Origin: Eledone cirrhosa | Lineage: Eukaryota | DNA length: 64,000 nt | Assembly: GCA_964016885.1 (NCBI GenBank) | Contig: OZ024743.1 | Coordinates: 341,868,001-341,932,000 of the forward strand | Direction of reading: 5' to 3' | Part shown: piece by piece, positions 28,204-44,391 of the stretch | Layout of the letters: each line of letters begins with the position of its first letter | Position numbering within the stretch: the first letter of the stretch is position 1 | Translations under genes and position numbers: made by a program | Notes under the pieces: generated by a model | The model's database searches: none | The model's input: only the letters and a program-made list of their open reading frames with translations | Told to the model about the DNA's origin: nothing

Positions 28204-28640
28204 CTAGCAGAGGTACCCGGGGTTGCTCGGGTATTAAATACCAGTTGTGTATACCATTTATGTCAATACTTCAGTGCTGCTTCAAAAACTATACTTTTAC
28301 AAAATCATCGGCTTCTTCCAAAAAGGGGTTCCTGCCCCCAGGGGTCCCCTACTCAATATGTGCCAATTCTGAGACTTCACATTCATCTGTAGGACAAACG
28401 TAGCCCATGTGTCAAGTTTTGTGAAAATCGGTTGCGAACTCCATAAGTTATGACGTTTTGTTGCATTGCACTGCAGCTCTTAGGTCGACTCCAAGGAAGC
28501 GGTTGAAGGGGGTTATCTGCTGGAGGCCCTATAATCAATATCTGGAAAAATGAAAGTGCCCATGACCATCCTGAGTACATAAGTAACCTATGTCTTAACT
28601 TTGGTGAAAATACTGTAGAAATGCATAAGGTTTATACATA
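28204..28640 (-). mobile_element. Non-autonomous Helitron-like element (3' end at 28204)
   Basis: minus strand has hairpin cccgagcaaccccggg just upstream of terminal CTAG followed by T. Confidence 0.55.
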
Positions 28641-29126
28641 CGCGGGGGGGGGGGGGGGCGTTGTCGGTGTGTATGTATTTGTGTGTGCGTATGAATGTGT
28701 ATGTCCGTCGGGGCATACGTATGTACTGGCCTAAATCTTCACTATTTACTTTTACTATTTTAATAACCTCTGTCATTTTCGTTTTCAAATTTATTTACAT
28801 CATTCTTAAACTCCGGGGCTGGAAATCATTCTGTTATTTTAAATAGAATATTAGTCTAAGGACTCCATTTATACCATAAACTTGGTCTTGTCTTTGCATG
28901 AAATTGTTCTTCTCGGTCCACACAACGACGTATTATCCTCGCCTTGTTTTCGTTCATTACCAGGGAACGACTTCACGAACCAAAATATCTTCTTACTGTT
29001 TTCCTTCGGTTACAATGTTTCTCGAAATATTTACTTCTGCGTTCACAGATTAATTTTTTTAGTTTCAGAAGATCCCGTTAATGTTGAAAGCAGCGATTAT
29101 TTGCTTAAACTTTAATCTGTTCTTAT

Positions 29127-29192
<66 letters not shown>

Positions 29193-29465
29193 GAGCTTTG
29201 TACGGCTTCTGGAGGAAGGAGTGATTAGCAGTACGTTGTTCGGTATTATTACGAAAAGGTGTAGCAGAGAATCCCACGTGAACTAACAGCTCGGGAGGAA
29301 ACTCCTTACCTCGAAGATTCATTTGCCATCGTTCTTGTCAACGCTCCGTTTACTTGGTATTTGTTGATCTACAGTTAGATGAATGGCGCACAAAGGGTTA
29401 ATGTTTATGAGCAAGAAGTTTTTTGAATAATAACAGACGAGTTAAAGCGACCTACAATGTATCTG

Positions 29466-29505
<40 letters not shown>

Positions 29506-29519
29506 AAGATACATATATA

Positions 29520-29894
29520 TATTAATTCAAAATATTAATAAATATTGACATTCATGTGATCAAATATATTTTATTATATATATTTCAGAGGTACTGTGCT
29601 GTTTCCTCAGTACGTCCTCATCAGATAAAATAAATTGATGTCTGACATACCTCAACTGTGATGATGGTTCAATTCCAATCTTGGCAGTGATTAGTTATGA
29701 CGAAACTCAATATTTATATACCATAAGCAGTAACATGACAAACTACATATAATTGAGAGGGTACGTAGGAAAATGTGTAGAAAAAATTAAAATAAATACA
29801 TATATAGATAAGTAAAATATATAAACACATCAGTACATAACTGTTAAATATTTAAATAATTAAATATGTAAATATCCGTATTAAAGAAAAAATC

Positions 29895-29977
<83 letters not shown>

Positions 29978-32405
29978 AAAAGAAAATATAGAAAGAGGAA
30001 GATAAAAACGAAGAAAGGGAGATATAGATGGTATAATATAATTACATAAGGAGAATAGAGGTATATGATGCGTGACCGTTTTTTTTTTTAAATATTAAGT
30101 TAGATAGAAACGATCAATTAAATACCGTGAAATTTTTACTCTATAATATTTGAAAGAAAATATACTATTTTATATTATATCAAAATTAAAACAATATAAA
30201 GTGATATAAGATAATATAACATATTTTCAAAGATAATCTGGAGCAAATTTAAATTAGTAAATACATTCATTAATTAAGTTATAAAATTCAACATTCAAAA
30301 TATTATTAACTGACAATGGTGCTTACAAATATAGTAAATATGATATTATTAAACTTAACTTACTTAGATATTAGCATCTGTATAAGCATTTTATATAAAC
30401 AATACTATTTAAATCGATATTTGTCAATTACATATATGATTAATTATTAATTATATTTATACTTGAGAGTATTATTATTTCGATTCAACCAAATTGTACT
30501 ATATTCAATACTATAAATCAAGTTAAATACAGATTATTACTCAATTTAGATACAACGAAACTTATACACGATAAATGTAAACAATATCTTCGTACGATGT
30601 ATCCAAACGTTTAAATTAAATTAAACGGTATAAAAGTCTGAAGATATTACAGATCTCAAATTTATAAAATACAGGATTTAAAAAGAGGATTCTAAATCGA
30701 AACTATTTAACCAATCAAGAGATTATCATACTCTTTTAGAGAACGGGTATGCATTTCCTAAGGTGAGGTAGAGACAGTATACACAGCATCAATAAGAGCA
30801 ATAATAGTAATAATAGAAGCATTACAAGAATTATTATGAGTCAATATCTTTTCTCACTCAGCCAATGTGTTTTCCTAATTTTATATGATGCTTGAAATGT
30901 TGTTGCAGATTTATGGAGGCAATTTGAGAATAATTCACTTTTTTATTAATTAAATTACCATAATTAGCAATTATTAATAGAGTCTCGGTATTGCAAAGAT
31001 TGCAGCTAGGTGAAATGGAATTATTCTGATAATCTTCACAGTTTCGAAGTTTAGTCCAAGAGATTGAGTATTTTATATTTTTCTCTTTTAAAGACCATAT
31101 TAATTGTGATAAAGAAGTAGAACACTTCTTATCCTGATTAGAAAAAGAATGTTTATGATTGGAAAATCTCAGTTTAAAGTTCAATGAAGTTGCACCTATG
31201 TAGTAATAGATAATATTATTATTTGCTTTAATGGTACATTTATATACTAAATTCTTATCAAGGCAGTTATTTTGCAAAGAGCATTCAGATTTTCTTCTGC
31301 AGTTACAGTTCGATTTCATGTTATTTCTATGATCTAAACTGTTCGCATTATCGTTGCTAATATTTGTAGGTATTCTACTGTAAGTGCTTAAATTAATGTT
31401 ATTGTTATTCTTTGTAACTATAGTATTATTATTATTAATATTGTCATTATCGTTAATTATCTGTTGGTTAGAACTAAGAATTCTGCTATTTATTTTTGCA
31501 ATATTTTAGCCATATTCATAGTTGTTGAGTAAGATAGTTTAACTGTTTGTCTATTGAAGATAGAGTAGTATTAATGTGTTCTAGGGAAACATTTATCTAA
31601 TGCTTTAAAAAATAATTGTGCTAAGGGTGTTTTAATAGCTAAAGATGCTGGTGCGGCATACCAAATAATAGATCTAGTTCTAATTCTTTACCCTGATTTA
31701 TTCACGAAATTGGTATTTTCATTTATATTTATATTATATTTATTTTTATTTTTACAGTCTGCTTTATTTATATTATTCCTATTATTATGAATATTTAGTT
31801 TATAATTACAATTATTATTTTCTACATATTCAATATTATTTTTATATTCGGCCTTATGCAACGGTTCATTGTAATATCCAGCTTTACTATTAACAATGGA
31901 TTTGTTAGCAGATAATCTAGTTAAAAGTTGTTGAACACTATTGACTATTACTTTTTTAACACATTTAGGATGATTTGAATAAAAACTAACATAATTTAGG
32001 TTTTCATTGGGTTTATGGAAAGGGTAATATAGGCCTGAGTTTAAATTAAGGGTTACGTCTAGCAAGTTAACTACTTTACTGTTACTTTCTACTTCTAATT
32101 TCAGGTTGTAATTTTTAAAGAATTCTATAATTGTTTTCTTTACTCTATTTAGTTCACTATTGCTATGTTTCACTACAGTAAATAATATATCATCTCTATA
32201 TTAACCACCGGTAATCTCCGGCAGTTTTCTATTCATCATATTAAGGATAAACATTCTCAGAAGATCGGTAACCTGCGCATAATCGGACGATCCCAAGGTA
32301 ATATCGAAATTCTTCTGCCTATCCGAACGAGTCCAAAAATCATTATTAAAATTAATCAAGGTTCGTCTAGCCGTTAAAATGATATTAATCTCTTCATTAG
32401 ATAGA
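29520..32405 (-). mobile_element. Penelope-like element, 5' truncated: RT end, GIY-YIG, long AT-rich 3' region ending in an HHR pLTR
   Basis: FDITLGS, YRDD (~32190), VNLLDVTLNL, LVYKC..YIGAT (30858-31319). Confidence 0.88.
29567..29632 (-). ncRNA. Type I hammerhead in the PLE 3' pLTR (decayed relative 56389-56451)
   Basis: tattttat-ctgatga-gga.gtactg..cagtac.tct-gaa-atatatat-a-ataaaata. Confidence 0.85.
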
Positions 32406-32797
32406 TCAGTGTGCATACATACACACACACATATATATATATATATATGTGTGTGTGTATGTATATATATATATATATATATATGTGTATGTGTGTGTGT
32501 ATATATTAATATATATGTGTATATGTGTATATCTATATATGTGTATATGTGTTTGTATATGTATATATTTATATATGTGTATATATAGGTGTGTATATGT
32601 ATATATGTGTATATATATATGTATATATAAGTATATATGTATATATATATATGTGCTTGTGTGTGTGCGCGCGCGTGTTTCTGTGTGTGTGTGTGTGCGC
32701 GCGTGTCTGTGTGTGAATGTAGCGAAGGTAATACGTTAGCAATGACGTTATGCAGACAGCCAGGCATACATACATATATTATAAGAGCGCGACGGAG

Positions 32798-32981
32798 GGC
32801 GGTGGATTGGCTGTATCGGTAGAGAGTCGGACGCCATGCTTTGCAGCATAGTTACGTCCCTTTACGGTCTGAGTTCAAATCCCGCCGAGGTTGACTTTGC
32901 CTTTCATCCTTACGGGGTCGATAAAATAAAGTACCAGTAATGTACTGGGTGATTTCTGGCCTTGTGCCTAACGTAGAAGCA
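32798..32981 (+). mobile_element. tRNA-SINE family 1, full length, 20-bp TSD
   Basis: A box tggctgtatcgg, B box gagttcaaatcc; TSD attataagagcgcgacggag at 32778 and 32982. Confidence 0.92.
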
Positions 32982-33159
32982 ATTATAAGAGCGCGACGGA
33001 GGTGGATAACTGGCGTCTAACAATAGAACATTGAAAAAAAAAGCGGGAGTTAATATCTTTAGACCGCAAATAATATATAAATGCCAGTTTAAAGTCAATC
33101 GGAGTAGAAATGTGGATTTGTATAGACATTGCAAAAATCAGGACACACAGACAACATCA

Positions 33160-33235
<76 letters not shown>

Positions 33236-33440
33236 TATGTACACGTACATACATACATGTATACAGACGTACAGTAGTATGTATATATATATATATACAT
33301 ACATGCACACATATATATATGTACGTATGGATTCACCGAACATTTGTGATAATGCTTGGGGTATTTGTAGACAAACATACTGTATTAAGCCGTAGTGTCT
33401 AGCAACCATCGTTGCTCGTTTGTTCAACACTGACAAAGGA

Positions 33441-33483
33441 ACGCTGTACTAGTTTCAAGCTTATTAGCTCTCGTCAGCAACGT
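33441..33483 (-). ncRNA. Minimal type I hammerhead (7551 family; third copy 44549-44591)
   Basis: acgttg-ctgacga-gagct aata agctt-gaa-actagt-a-cagcgt. Confidence 0.9.
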
Positions 33484-35031
33484 ATACCTTCCTGCCAGAT
33501 TGTTGAACGTATATACTTACCTTATGCATATTAACGGCCGTTAATATTATTGGGGCAGTGAAATGACATCAGCACATTACTGCAATGAAAGATTTAAAAC
33601 ATCATAAAGAAAATCATTATACATAAGAGGACCACGTCTTAAAATCAAAGTGTGAAATGGAAATCATTGAGAAGAAGGTGAATCAATGAATCTGCTCCTA
33701 TTTCGTATATTGGACACCAGTTTTTGTCTTTTTATTGTATCTCCTTTTCTTTAGCTGCTAGAAATAATTTTTGCATTACACAAAGATATAACTGTCGATT
33801 GAATGAACAATTAACTGTGCTAATTTCCCTGCTAAATATCTATTCTTGTAGGCATTATATCTCATTTAAATGTTTCAAATTTACATCTGGAATATTTTTG
33901 AGACATATGGTCACTTTGATTCATTAAAAAAATAATAGTGCGATTATGGAAAAACATAATCAAACATTAAGTTGTATGGACCATTGGAAAACATGATTAA
34001 CTGATGTTCATCTGGATAATATCTAAGTATTGGCATAAACATGTCTGAAAAACATTAATATAAAGCTATCGAGTATAAAATTAATTTTTTTTTTCGATAC
34101 ACTTAATATAGACAAATCCTTTTTATACCATAAAAATATGAACACGTCTCATTGAATGGTAAAAATATTCAATGTATTCTGTCCTCTTTATTATGGTTTT
34201 TAAATGATGTGTGCCATTTTAATAGATTCGAAAGATGTTCTGACTGAAATCAACTGTCTCTAAACGTATTTCTCTGATACTAGATGGCATGTTTCCATAA
34301 GCTAAATTATTTTCCAATGTGTGTTTTCATGAAAAATATAATTAAATGAGTTTAAATGAACCATTGCTCTAATAAGCCAAATCCTTATGGCATAATACGT
34401 TTATTCCCAGTACACTATTGGTCCTGAACGTGCAGAATCACTCTTACTCTAAATAATGTTTCAATAACACCATATATGACCCAGTACCACTAATTACATT
34501 TCATCATGGCCTAGTTAACCAGTACATGAAAATACCACTAAATAAAAGATACCTGCAATCTAGTGTTGAGTAATTGAGAAGATTCAGTTAAATATTTTAT
34601 TCGGATCTTCAACTTCATATGGAATGTTAGCTCATTGATTTTTTTCATATAAAGAACAAAGACAGTTTATTTTGGTTAATCAAAATTGGTTTTAATCTTT
34701 TGACCTCAATCATGCTGGAGTACAAATTTCAAACGTTTAGCGTCTATTATATTGATCTCCTACTTTGACGTATTTTATTGCCCATACAAGAAACGAAACA
34801 TGAAATCGACTTAAGCATAAAAGAAACATAACTCAGAAGAATATAAATACTTCAATAACAATTTTATTTGGCCATCCCACGCTGAATCGCATACATTCAC
34901 AGGCACATAATATACATATGAACTCTCACGCACGCTTGCTCTGTATATGTATTTATCGACAGTCGATTGACTTTCGTCAAATCGGACCGAGGAAACAATG
35001 TTTGTGTTGGTCTTTCCAATTGCTAATACTT

Positions 35032-35374
35032 TCTATCGGGAGAAAGGTGAAATAAAGTGTCTTTCCCAAGGACATATTGCATCACCTGGTCCGGGAATCG
35101 AACTCAGACCCTCACGATTGCGAATCCAATTCTCTTACCACTTAACCATGTGCGCGACTTCACACACACACACACACACACACTCACACACACACACATA
35201 CACACACACTCACACAATTATATATGTGTGTGTATGGGGGGGGTGAAGTCGCGCACATGGCTAAGTGGTAAGAGAATTGGATTCGCAATCGTGAGGTTGT
35301 GAGTTCAATTCCCGGACCGGGTGATGCATTATGTCCTTGGGCAAGACACTTTATTTCAGGTTTCTCCCGATAGA
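35032..35374. repeat. Head-to-head inverted pair of tRNA-SINE family 2 5' halves
   Basis: 35032-35163 vs 35243-35374; A/B boxes and gtccttgggcaagacactt core. Confidence 0.9.
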
Positions 35375-35972
35375 GATAATGAGCAATCCACAAGCTGCAA
35401 TCCACAAGTGCCTAAATACGAGAGATTTCTTCCGCTATTGAGCAGATGTATCCAAATATGTACGTAATAACGGGAGAAACGCAGATTAACAATCTCTCAT
35501 ATACAAAACACAATCAATACACCTTGACACACATTCCACCTCTCCCTAAGTACATTTAGATACTATAATGGAGATGATTACTAATTAAAATCCAGTAAAA
35601 CATATGATACGCCCCTCTCTCCAAACTTCCACTTGTAAGGATCTCTACCTTATTAAATCTAAGCCTTGTGTCTTCTTAGTATATTTAACAGTACTACACT
35701 TCCAATAACCTGCAAATAGAGAATCATTTTACTCCCTCAAGTTGACATTTTTTAAAATGTTACCTCTTCGTTTCCCGCTTTCTTCACACCTAACCGTTAC
35801 AAATTATTGCCCCTCTTTTTGGAACTCTTTTATAAAAGTTGTAAACCAATACAAGCGTTCATTGTAAGATTGTGAAACACGCTTATACGAAAAATGTGGT
35901 GTTGATTTCAATAACAAATATATGTATCCCTTTTGACTGATATGATAGGCAGCCAGATCACAAAATGAAGAA

Positions 35973-36026
<54 letters not shown>

Positions 36027-36182
36027 ATATATATATATATATGAACAGGGAAGTAAGGTTCTCTACAAAACAGTGGTTATAAAGAAAAGGTGGGATTGGA
36101 AATAACACTGAAAAATAGGTTTAATGTTTGTTTTTCATTTGTTTTCCTTTTTCTTTGATTCGTCAAATTGGCATTTTTGTAA

Positions 36183-36803
36183 AAATGAGAGGGACAATTT
36201 TTTTTAAAAAGAGAGTTTTTTAATAAATATAAATTATATAAAGTATTACCGGTTTCAATGTATTAGTAAAATTCATCTTATCCAATGGTGGGTATTACAG
36301 TTAAAAAGAATTAATAAGGATTAAAAACTAAAAATTAAAGATTTAAAATTAAGTGTTGCGGTAGGTTTTTGCATCTTCCCATCTGAACACTTGACGAGTC
36401 CAATAACGCAATTGAAATGTTTCTATGTGAAGGAATACAACTACCAACACTGCTGCACCTATCTCTCTATAAACAAGAGTTTATTTTACAGTCTCCTTCT
36501 CAACAAGGAAGATGCAAAAACTTACCTTAACACTTAATTTTAAATCTTTAATTTTTACTTTTTATCCTTATAAATTCTTTTTAATTGTAATACTCAACAT
36601 TTGATAGATGAGTTTTACTAATACATCGAAAGCGGTAATACTTTATATACTTTATATACTTTATAAAACTCTTTTTTTTTAAATTGTACCTCTCATTGTC
36701 CCTCTCATTTACATTACTCCGGAGTAACCAAACCAATCTGCATACTTCGTCGAGTGCTCCAATCTGCATACCAAGGTGTTGGTAAACAAATAACATATAC
36801 TCA

Positions 36804-36805
<2 letters not shown>
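36183..36805. repeat. Diverged inverted repeat (36183-36379/36507-36697) plus 3' tail shared with 41977-42065 and 50995-51065
   Basis: arm complementarity; HHR-like cores at 36243-36287(-) and 36598-36641(+). Confidence 0.8.
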
Positions 36806-36855
<50 letters not shown>

Positions 36856-36946
36856 CGAAGGAATTGAGGTAAGGAATCAGATGGACCACAACGAACCAGA
36901 GTTCTCAATACTTAGGGTAATAGAGTGGGTAATAGGAAAAAGTGTG

Positions 36947-37042
36947 ACCCCGACGGCTGAGCTCAAGCCGTTTCGACGGCTATTTCTGGACTAAATTAGA
37001 ATTTTTAGCCTGGTAAATAAATAGTCGAACTTGTCAGGGGGT
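36947..37042 (-). ncRNA. Hammerhead in inverted pLTR upstream of PLE; G8->A
   Basis: acccc/ggggt; ctgacaa; gaa-acggct tgagctc agccgt-c (GUC). Confidence 0.78.
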
Positions 37043-37199
37043 ACTTCCTTATATGGGAAGATTGTAGATGTCAAGAGAGTTGGTCAAAATAAGTTGTAAA
37101 CACAAATAAATCGATTATGGCATTTGGTGGGGGGTAGGGGTGGCTGAACTTTCCTGTAGAACAATGAGGGAGTGAGTGGAGCCGATCAAGCGTTGAAAG

Positions 37200-38470
37200 T
37201 GAAATCTATACAGCAGATCTGTACTACCCATACAGGAAACCAAAACGGCAACCTGCACTACATCCACGGCCTCTCTACCCATCCTTGAAACATCACCAAT
37301 AACCTGGTTAAAAACATCTCCCTCCGCATATCTCGTTTGTCCGCTAATGAGTAGATATTCGACGACATGCGCCTCATTACAACCAGGCCCTCAAGCGGAG
37401 TGGCTTCCGGGAGGAAATATCCTTTTATCCAGCTTCCCTTAGCGGAACCAGCAGGCGACACCGCCGCTCACGCGACGTAACGTGGTTCAATCCTCCCCGC
37501 AATGCCGAAGTGGCAACACATATCGGGATAATCTTCTTTAGGCTCCTGGAAAAACACTTCCCACTACAACACCGCTACCACAACATAATCAACAAAAACA
37601 CCATCAAACTATCCTACAGCACCATACCTAACTTTGCACAAAACATCGTCTCCTCAAACAACAAAAAACTCAACCTAGACATCAGTGGTGAGCCGACCAG
37701 GAGGTGTAACTGCTCTGATAGATCTACGTGCCCCTTCAACATGGATTTAAAGAAAAGGGAGTTCATTAAAAGCTAATTCTTTAAAGGTATAGTATTAACA
37801 AAGGCAGAAAGAATACTGTAAACAAAATCAAATTTGGAATACCAATCGAATATAGCCAATCTCAATTCTAAAAAATGACATAGGCCAACTACCTCCGAAC
37901 CAAATGCCCGGACTGAAGCCTTGTGCAATTGCCTAAATAAGGAAGCCTGCCCACTTGAAAACAAATGCCTGACAAATGACATCGTATACAAATGTAATGT
38001 CAGCTCAGGCAGCGATGATAGCAACAACAAAAAGACTTACATCGGCATGACTTCCAATAATTTTAAAGCCCAGTGGTATGCCCTTACCGACTCTTCAGAA
38101 GACCGGACGAATCAAATTAGACAACACTCGTCTCCTATGTCTGGGACCTCAAAACGAACTCCACCCCTTCACGCTTAAATGGAAAATACTCCAGAAAGCG
38201 TGCTCATACAAGGGAAGACACAAGTGCTGCGACCTTTGTATCTCATAGAGCTACGAAATATTATTTGTCAAGGGCCCGCTACTGAACAAACTCTCTGAAC
38301 ACTGCCCGAATTGCATGAACAAAAACTTTGCAACTTTCAAATACCTTAAGCCAGTGTTAATGCCAGATGGCTAAAAAAGATTCCCTTTTTTTTAAAAACC
38401 CCACTCGACAAAATACTCCCTCCACATCCTTCCCACCTTACCCCTACCCCTTCTCGACCCGAAACAAGGC
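37200..38470 (+). mobile_element. Penelope-like element 3' half (thumb + GIY-YIG), decayed and mosaic
   Basis: WFNPP, KHFP..INKNTIKLSYS, CNC..CPLENKCL..IVYKC..TYIGMT. Confidence 0.88.
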
Positions 38471-38556
38471 ACTATGGTCATGTAAGTACTTCTTACCTAT
38501 CTGCTCTTTCCGCATGTAGAGCGTACTTCATCTTAATACTGTATATATATTAGTGA

Positions 38557-38700
38557 AGGCGCATGGCCTAGTGGTTACAGCATTGGGTTTGCAGTCGAAA
38601 GGTTGTAAGTTCAATTCTCGGACCGGGTGATGTGTTGTTTCCTTGAGCAAGACACTTTATTTGACGTTGCTCTAGTCTACTCAGCTGTAGAAATGAGATG
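38557..38700 (+). mobile_element. tRNA-SINE family 2 (CORE-like centre)
   Basis: tggcctagtgg A box, gttcaattc B box, ccttgagcaagacacttt. Confidence 0.85.
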
Positions 38701-40078
38701 ATAGGACTGGGGGCCCTATCATTAGAACACCCAAGACACCTCCAACGAGATATACCTTGGAGGAAGCCAGCTAAACCTGCATAAGTGTGAGCTATCACAC
38801 TCATATATATGTGTGTGTATTTGTGTATATTTATGAGTGTATGTACGTATTTGTATCAGTGGCAGTACGATTGTATGCGTATGTTTGTGTGTACGTGCGT
38901 TTATATGTATTTACGTATATGTGTATGTGCGTGTATGTATATATATAAAAATGTATATATCTATATATCTATATGTGTGTGTGTGTGTGTGTGTATATGT
39001 ATATATATATGTATATGTATATATATATATTTGTGTATACATATATATATATATGTTTGTATGTATGTATGTGCGTATGTATGCATATATGTATATATAT
39101 ATATATGTATGTGTATGTATGTATGTATATATATATAGGTGTGTATGTAGGTGTTTATATATTTTTACATTTTTATATGTATATATATGTGTGTACGTAT
39201 ATATATATATATATTTGTGTGTGTATATATGTGTATATACGTGTTTATGTGTGTATATGTATATCTATATATGTATGTATATATATATATGTATGTCTGT
39301 GTGTATGTGTGTATGTGTGTATATATATATATATGTGTGTGGGTATGTATATATATGTATATGCTTTCCCCTTCGCTGTGACCTGTCCCTTTCTCTTCCT
39401 TTACTGCTATCCTCTTTCTCTCTCCCCCTACTCTCTCCTTCTGTCTCTTACTTTCATTCACCCCCTCTGCTAGCAACCCTCTCTCGGCTAGCCTCTTCCT
39501 CACACATTCACTCACTCACTCTCTACTACTAACCCTCTCTCTCACTTCCTCCATCGTCCCACACAGTGCGAAATTCATTCCTCGCTCACTTTCGCTCGGT
39601 TAAGATGTGTCTCTCGTCTTTTCGTCAATATTCGCAGGTTTTTATATTCAAATGAATCATTGACTTGATTTTCTCATTCTTTCCTCTCTCTACGTTGCCT
39701 CACCATTCATGTTTGTTTACCTGTCTCTCTTTGTCCACCCAATTCTTTTTATCCCAATAACTTATTTTAGTTAATGTTAGCGCGAGCCTGAGGTATCTGG
39801 TCTTTAATGCGAAGAAATACCTATGATGGCTAGTAGATCACTGATGATGGATAGTCCTATTTTTAATTTTTAATTTTAATTTGTATATCACATTTGCAAG
39901 AACATAGCACGCCATTTTTCATTCCTATATATATATATGTACGTTTGTGTGTCTATGTGTATATATGTGTATGTATATATGTAGTTTATTATATGAACAG
40001 AAAACAGAGGGGCAGTACAAATGATATGGTTTTTAGTTTCACACACACTATATATATATATATATGTATGTGTGTGTT

Positions 40079-40117
<39 letters not shown>

Positions 40118-40606
40118 ATGTGTGTATGTGTGTGTATGTGTGTATGTGTGTATATGTGTATATAAGTATATATATATATATATATATATATATGCTGGCT
40201 GCCAACTCGTTTTCGAGTACGGCCACTACTTTATATCCATGTAGGAGAACCCCTACCGATGCGCTGAACGAGTGTGACTTTTTAGTCCAGCCAGCGACTT
40301 GAAAACTCTGGTACAAACACTACACTTGTGACAATTATTGACACATAGTGCTAGGCCCATGGTATCACGTGACGACAAGTGCAGAGAGATCTCCAGATAT
40401 AAAGTAATGCCTGTGCCGTGAAGCTTTTATAGTGAGCAAAGGCACTGCACAAAGCCAGTCCCACTCTCTTAACCAAGATGATATTTATCAAAAAGAAGAA
40501 CAAGTCAACATCATTGGATATCATCAGGGTTGCAGGTGTTATATCAGAGTTTTCCTTCTCCTAGAATTCTGCCTTGACAAAGGCTAAGGGGTCATCTCTC
40601 CCATAC

Positions 40607-40668
<62 letters not shown>

Positions 40669-40677
40669 TGATATACT

Positions 40678-40996
40678 TGGGGAGGGTCATATTTGTGTAA
40701 TAATATTGCCAGAATTAATAACAGAACACACTCACTGTTTGGTTGGTTTTCGCTTCTGTGTCTTTTATATCGGTTAATTTAATTTATTCGGTCCTTAATG
40801 TTTACCATTGACTGACCAACGGTCAAAAATACAGATACAATATAGACACAAACACATATATATAGTCTAACAAAGTTCTTTCGTTGCACATCTGTAACAT
40901 CGTCAGTGGTGCTATTATGTTTCCTCCCGCTGCATTGTATGCTTACGCCATCTTTTCATATCAAAAGCTTCGCAAAACTAATTCATCGCCGTTATA
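40678..40996 (-). mobile_element. Inverted pLTR copy of 59195-59446 with HHR at 40862-40915
   Basis: reverse-complement match; followed by the same 3' end seen at 59472-59515. Confidence 0.85.
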
Positions 40997-41046
40997 TTTA
41001 TATATGTATATATATATATATATATGTATACATGTATATATATGTA

Positions 41047-41139
<93 letters not shown>

Positions 41140-41848
41140 GTATATATATATGTGTGTGTGTTTGTATGTATGTATATATATGTGCGTACGTGTGTATATA
41201 TGTATGTATATGTGAATGTTTGTATGTACTATTGTATATGTCTGTTATGTGTGTGCCTGCATGTGTGTGCTTGCGTGTATGTGTGTGTACATGTGTAAGT
41301 GGACGAGTGTGTGGATGTGCTTGTCGACACCTGGAATATATATTAAGAGAAATTTCACAAGAAGATGAATCACCCCATCACTTGAATCTGTCTTTGTCAC
41401 CCTTATTCCAGCCTTAAAGAATTAGCTTCTAAAGAATTTCTCTTCTCTTTAAACCATTGAACCCCATTCATCATGTAGACACCTGTTTTACAGGCATAGT
41501 TAGTCTAACTGATAAACAAGGACTGGTATTCCAAATTTGATTTTGTTTACAGTATTTTTCCTGCCTTTGTTAATATTATAGCTTTAAAGAATTAGCTTTT
41601 CATGAACTCCTTTTTCTTTAAATCCTTCAACCAATGATTTCCACCCATCCCAATCCCCACCCTCTCCTACGACCAGAAAAGAAAAGATATAAATACCACT
41701 ACTTACTTGGACAGCCAACTCCCTGATGACTTCTCACGAATGAAACAGTTCTAGTCCTGTAGAAGCTCTTCTATATTATAACTTTTATACTCTGCTATAT
41801 ATTTAGTACCTTACTTACTGTGGTTGCCTCCGATTCAACCCGGAATAA

Positions 41849-41978
<130 letters not shown>

Positions 41979-42121
41979 GAGTTTATGTTGGTTGTATACC
42001 AACACCCCAGTATGCAGGCTGGAGCACTCGACGAAGTGCGCAGGTCGGTTTGGTTACTCCGGAGTAGTGTAAAATAAAGTTAAATAAAAAGTCAAATGAT
42101 TAAAATTTAGCTTCGTTTATT

Positions 42122-42176
42122 ACTGGTATATATATTTCAGTGACAGCCATCTTTGGCTGTCACCTCTTCAGGCAGT
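42122..42176 (-). ncRNA. Type I hammerhead
   Basis: actgc-ctgaaga-ggtgacagcc aaagat ggctgtcact-gaa-atatatat-a-ccagt. Confidence 0.85.
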
Positions 42177-42334
42177 TTGAATTACTATGGTATAGACAAG
42201 TACATATGTTGTTTAGGTGTATAATATTGCCAATACTCTGATATGCCCAGTTCCTGGTTGGGTTGTTATTTCACTGAGGAACTGGAGTCATATGAATTCA
42301 AACAAACGAATTTCAGTGTCAAGGTCGTCTATAT

Positions 42335-42441
<107 letters not shown>

Positions 42442-42453
42442 CATACATATATA

Positions 42454-42639
<186 letters not shown>

Positions 42640-43108
42640 CATATATATATATATATGTGGTGAAATACTTATTTCTCAGTCAGCCGTCACAAACCTACAT
42701 TTGGCGCAACATCAATTTTTTACATTCACATGACCTCTACCGACCAATCAAAATTGTTTTGACCACAAGAATTTTTGCAACACGAATTGGCGCAAAACTA
42801 ATTTTAATACCGCTGGAGCCACTTTTTTAACATACAAACAGGTAGAATTCCCAAAACTAATCAGATCAGAGCAAACATCACGGACGCTCTATCTCAAAAT
42901 TATTTTTGAAAAGCATTAGAAATGCGCAACTGGTAAAACTTAAAACCAAAACTTAATACTAACCAATACTATTACTAATTATCACTTATTCCTAATTAAA
43001 TTATTTTTCACTGTGAACAATTTGTCAGCATTTATTATTCCGTTTACCAATATATCATAACTTGTATGTTACACCTCTATTCTTTTAAATATATATATAT
43101 ATACATAT

Positions 43109-43179
<71 letters not shown>

Positions 43180-43262
43180 TATATATAGATAAATAGCTCA
43201 ATGTAATAACATCAGTTGTTCTACAGAACAGTTATATAGAAATTACATGAATCGAAGTTCTG

Positions 43263-44066
<804 letters not shown>

Positions 44067-44105
44067 TATAAATATATATATATATATGTACATATATATA
44101 TATAC

Positions 44106-44224
<119 letters not shown>

Positions 44225-44335
44225 TTGTAATAAAATGAAAACCAAATTTCATTTCTCACTCTTATACGGCACTTACTTAAATGTAAGTATGTATGTATAC
44301 GTACATACATATATGTATACAGACGTACAGTAGCA

Positions 44336-44391
<56 letters not shown>

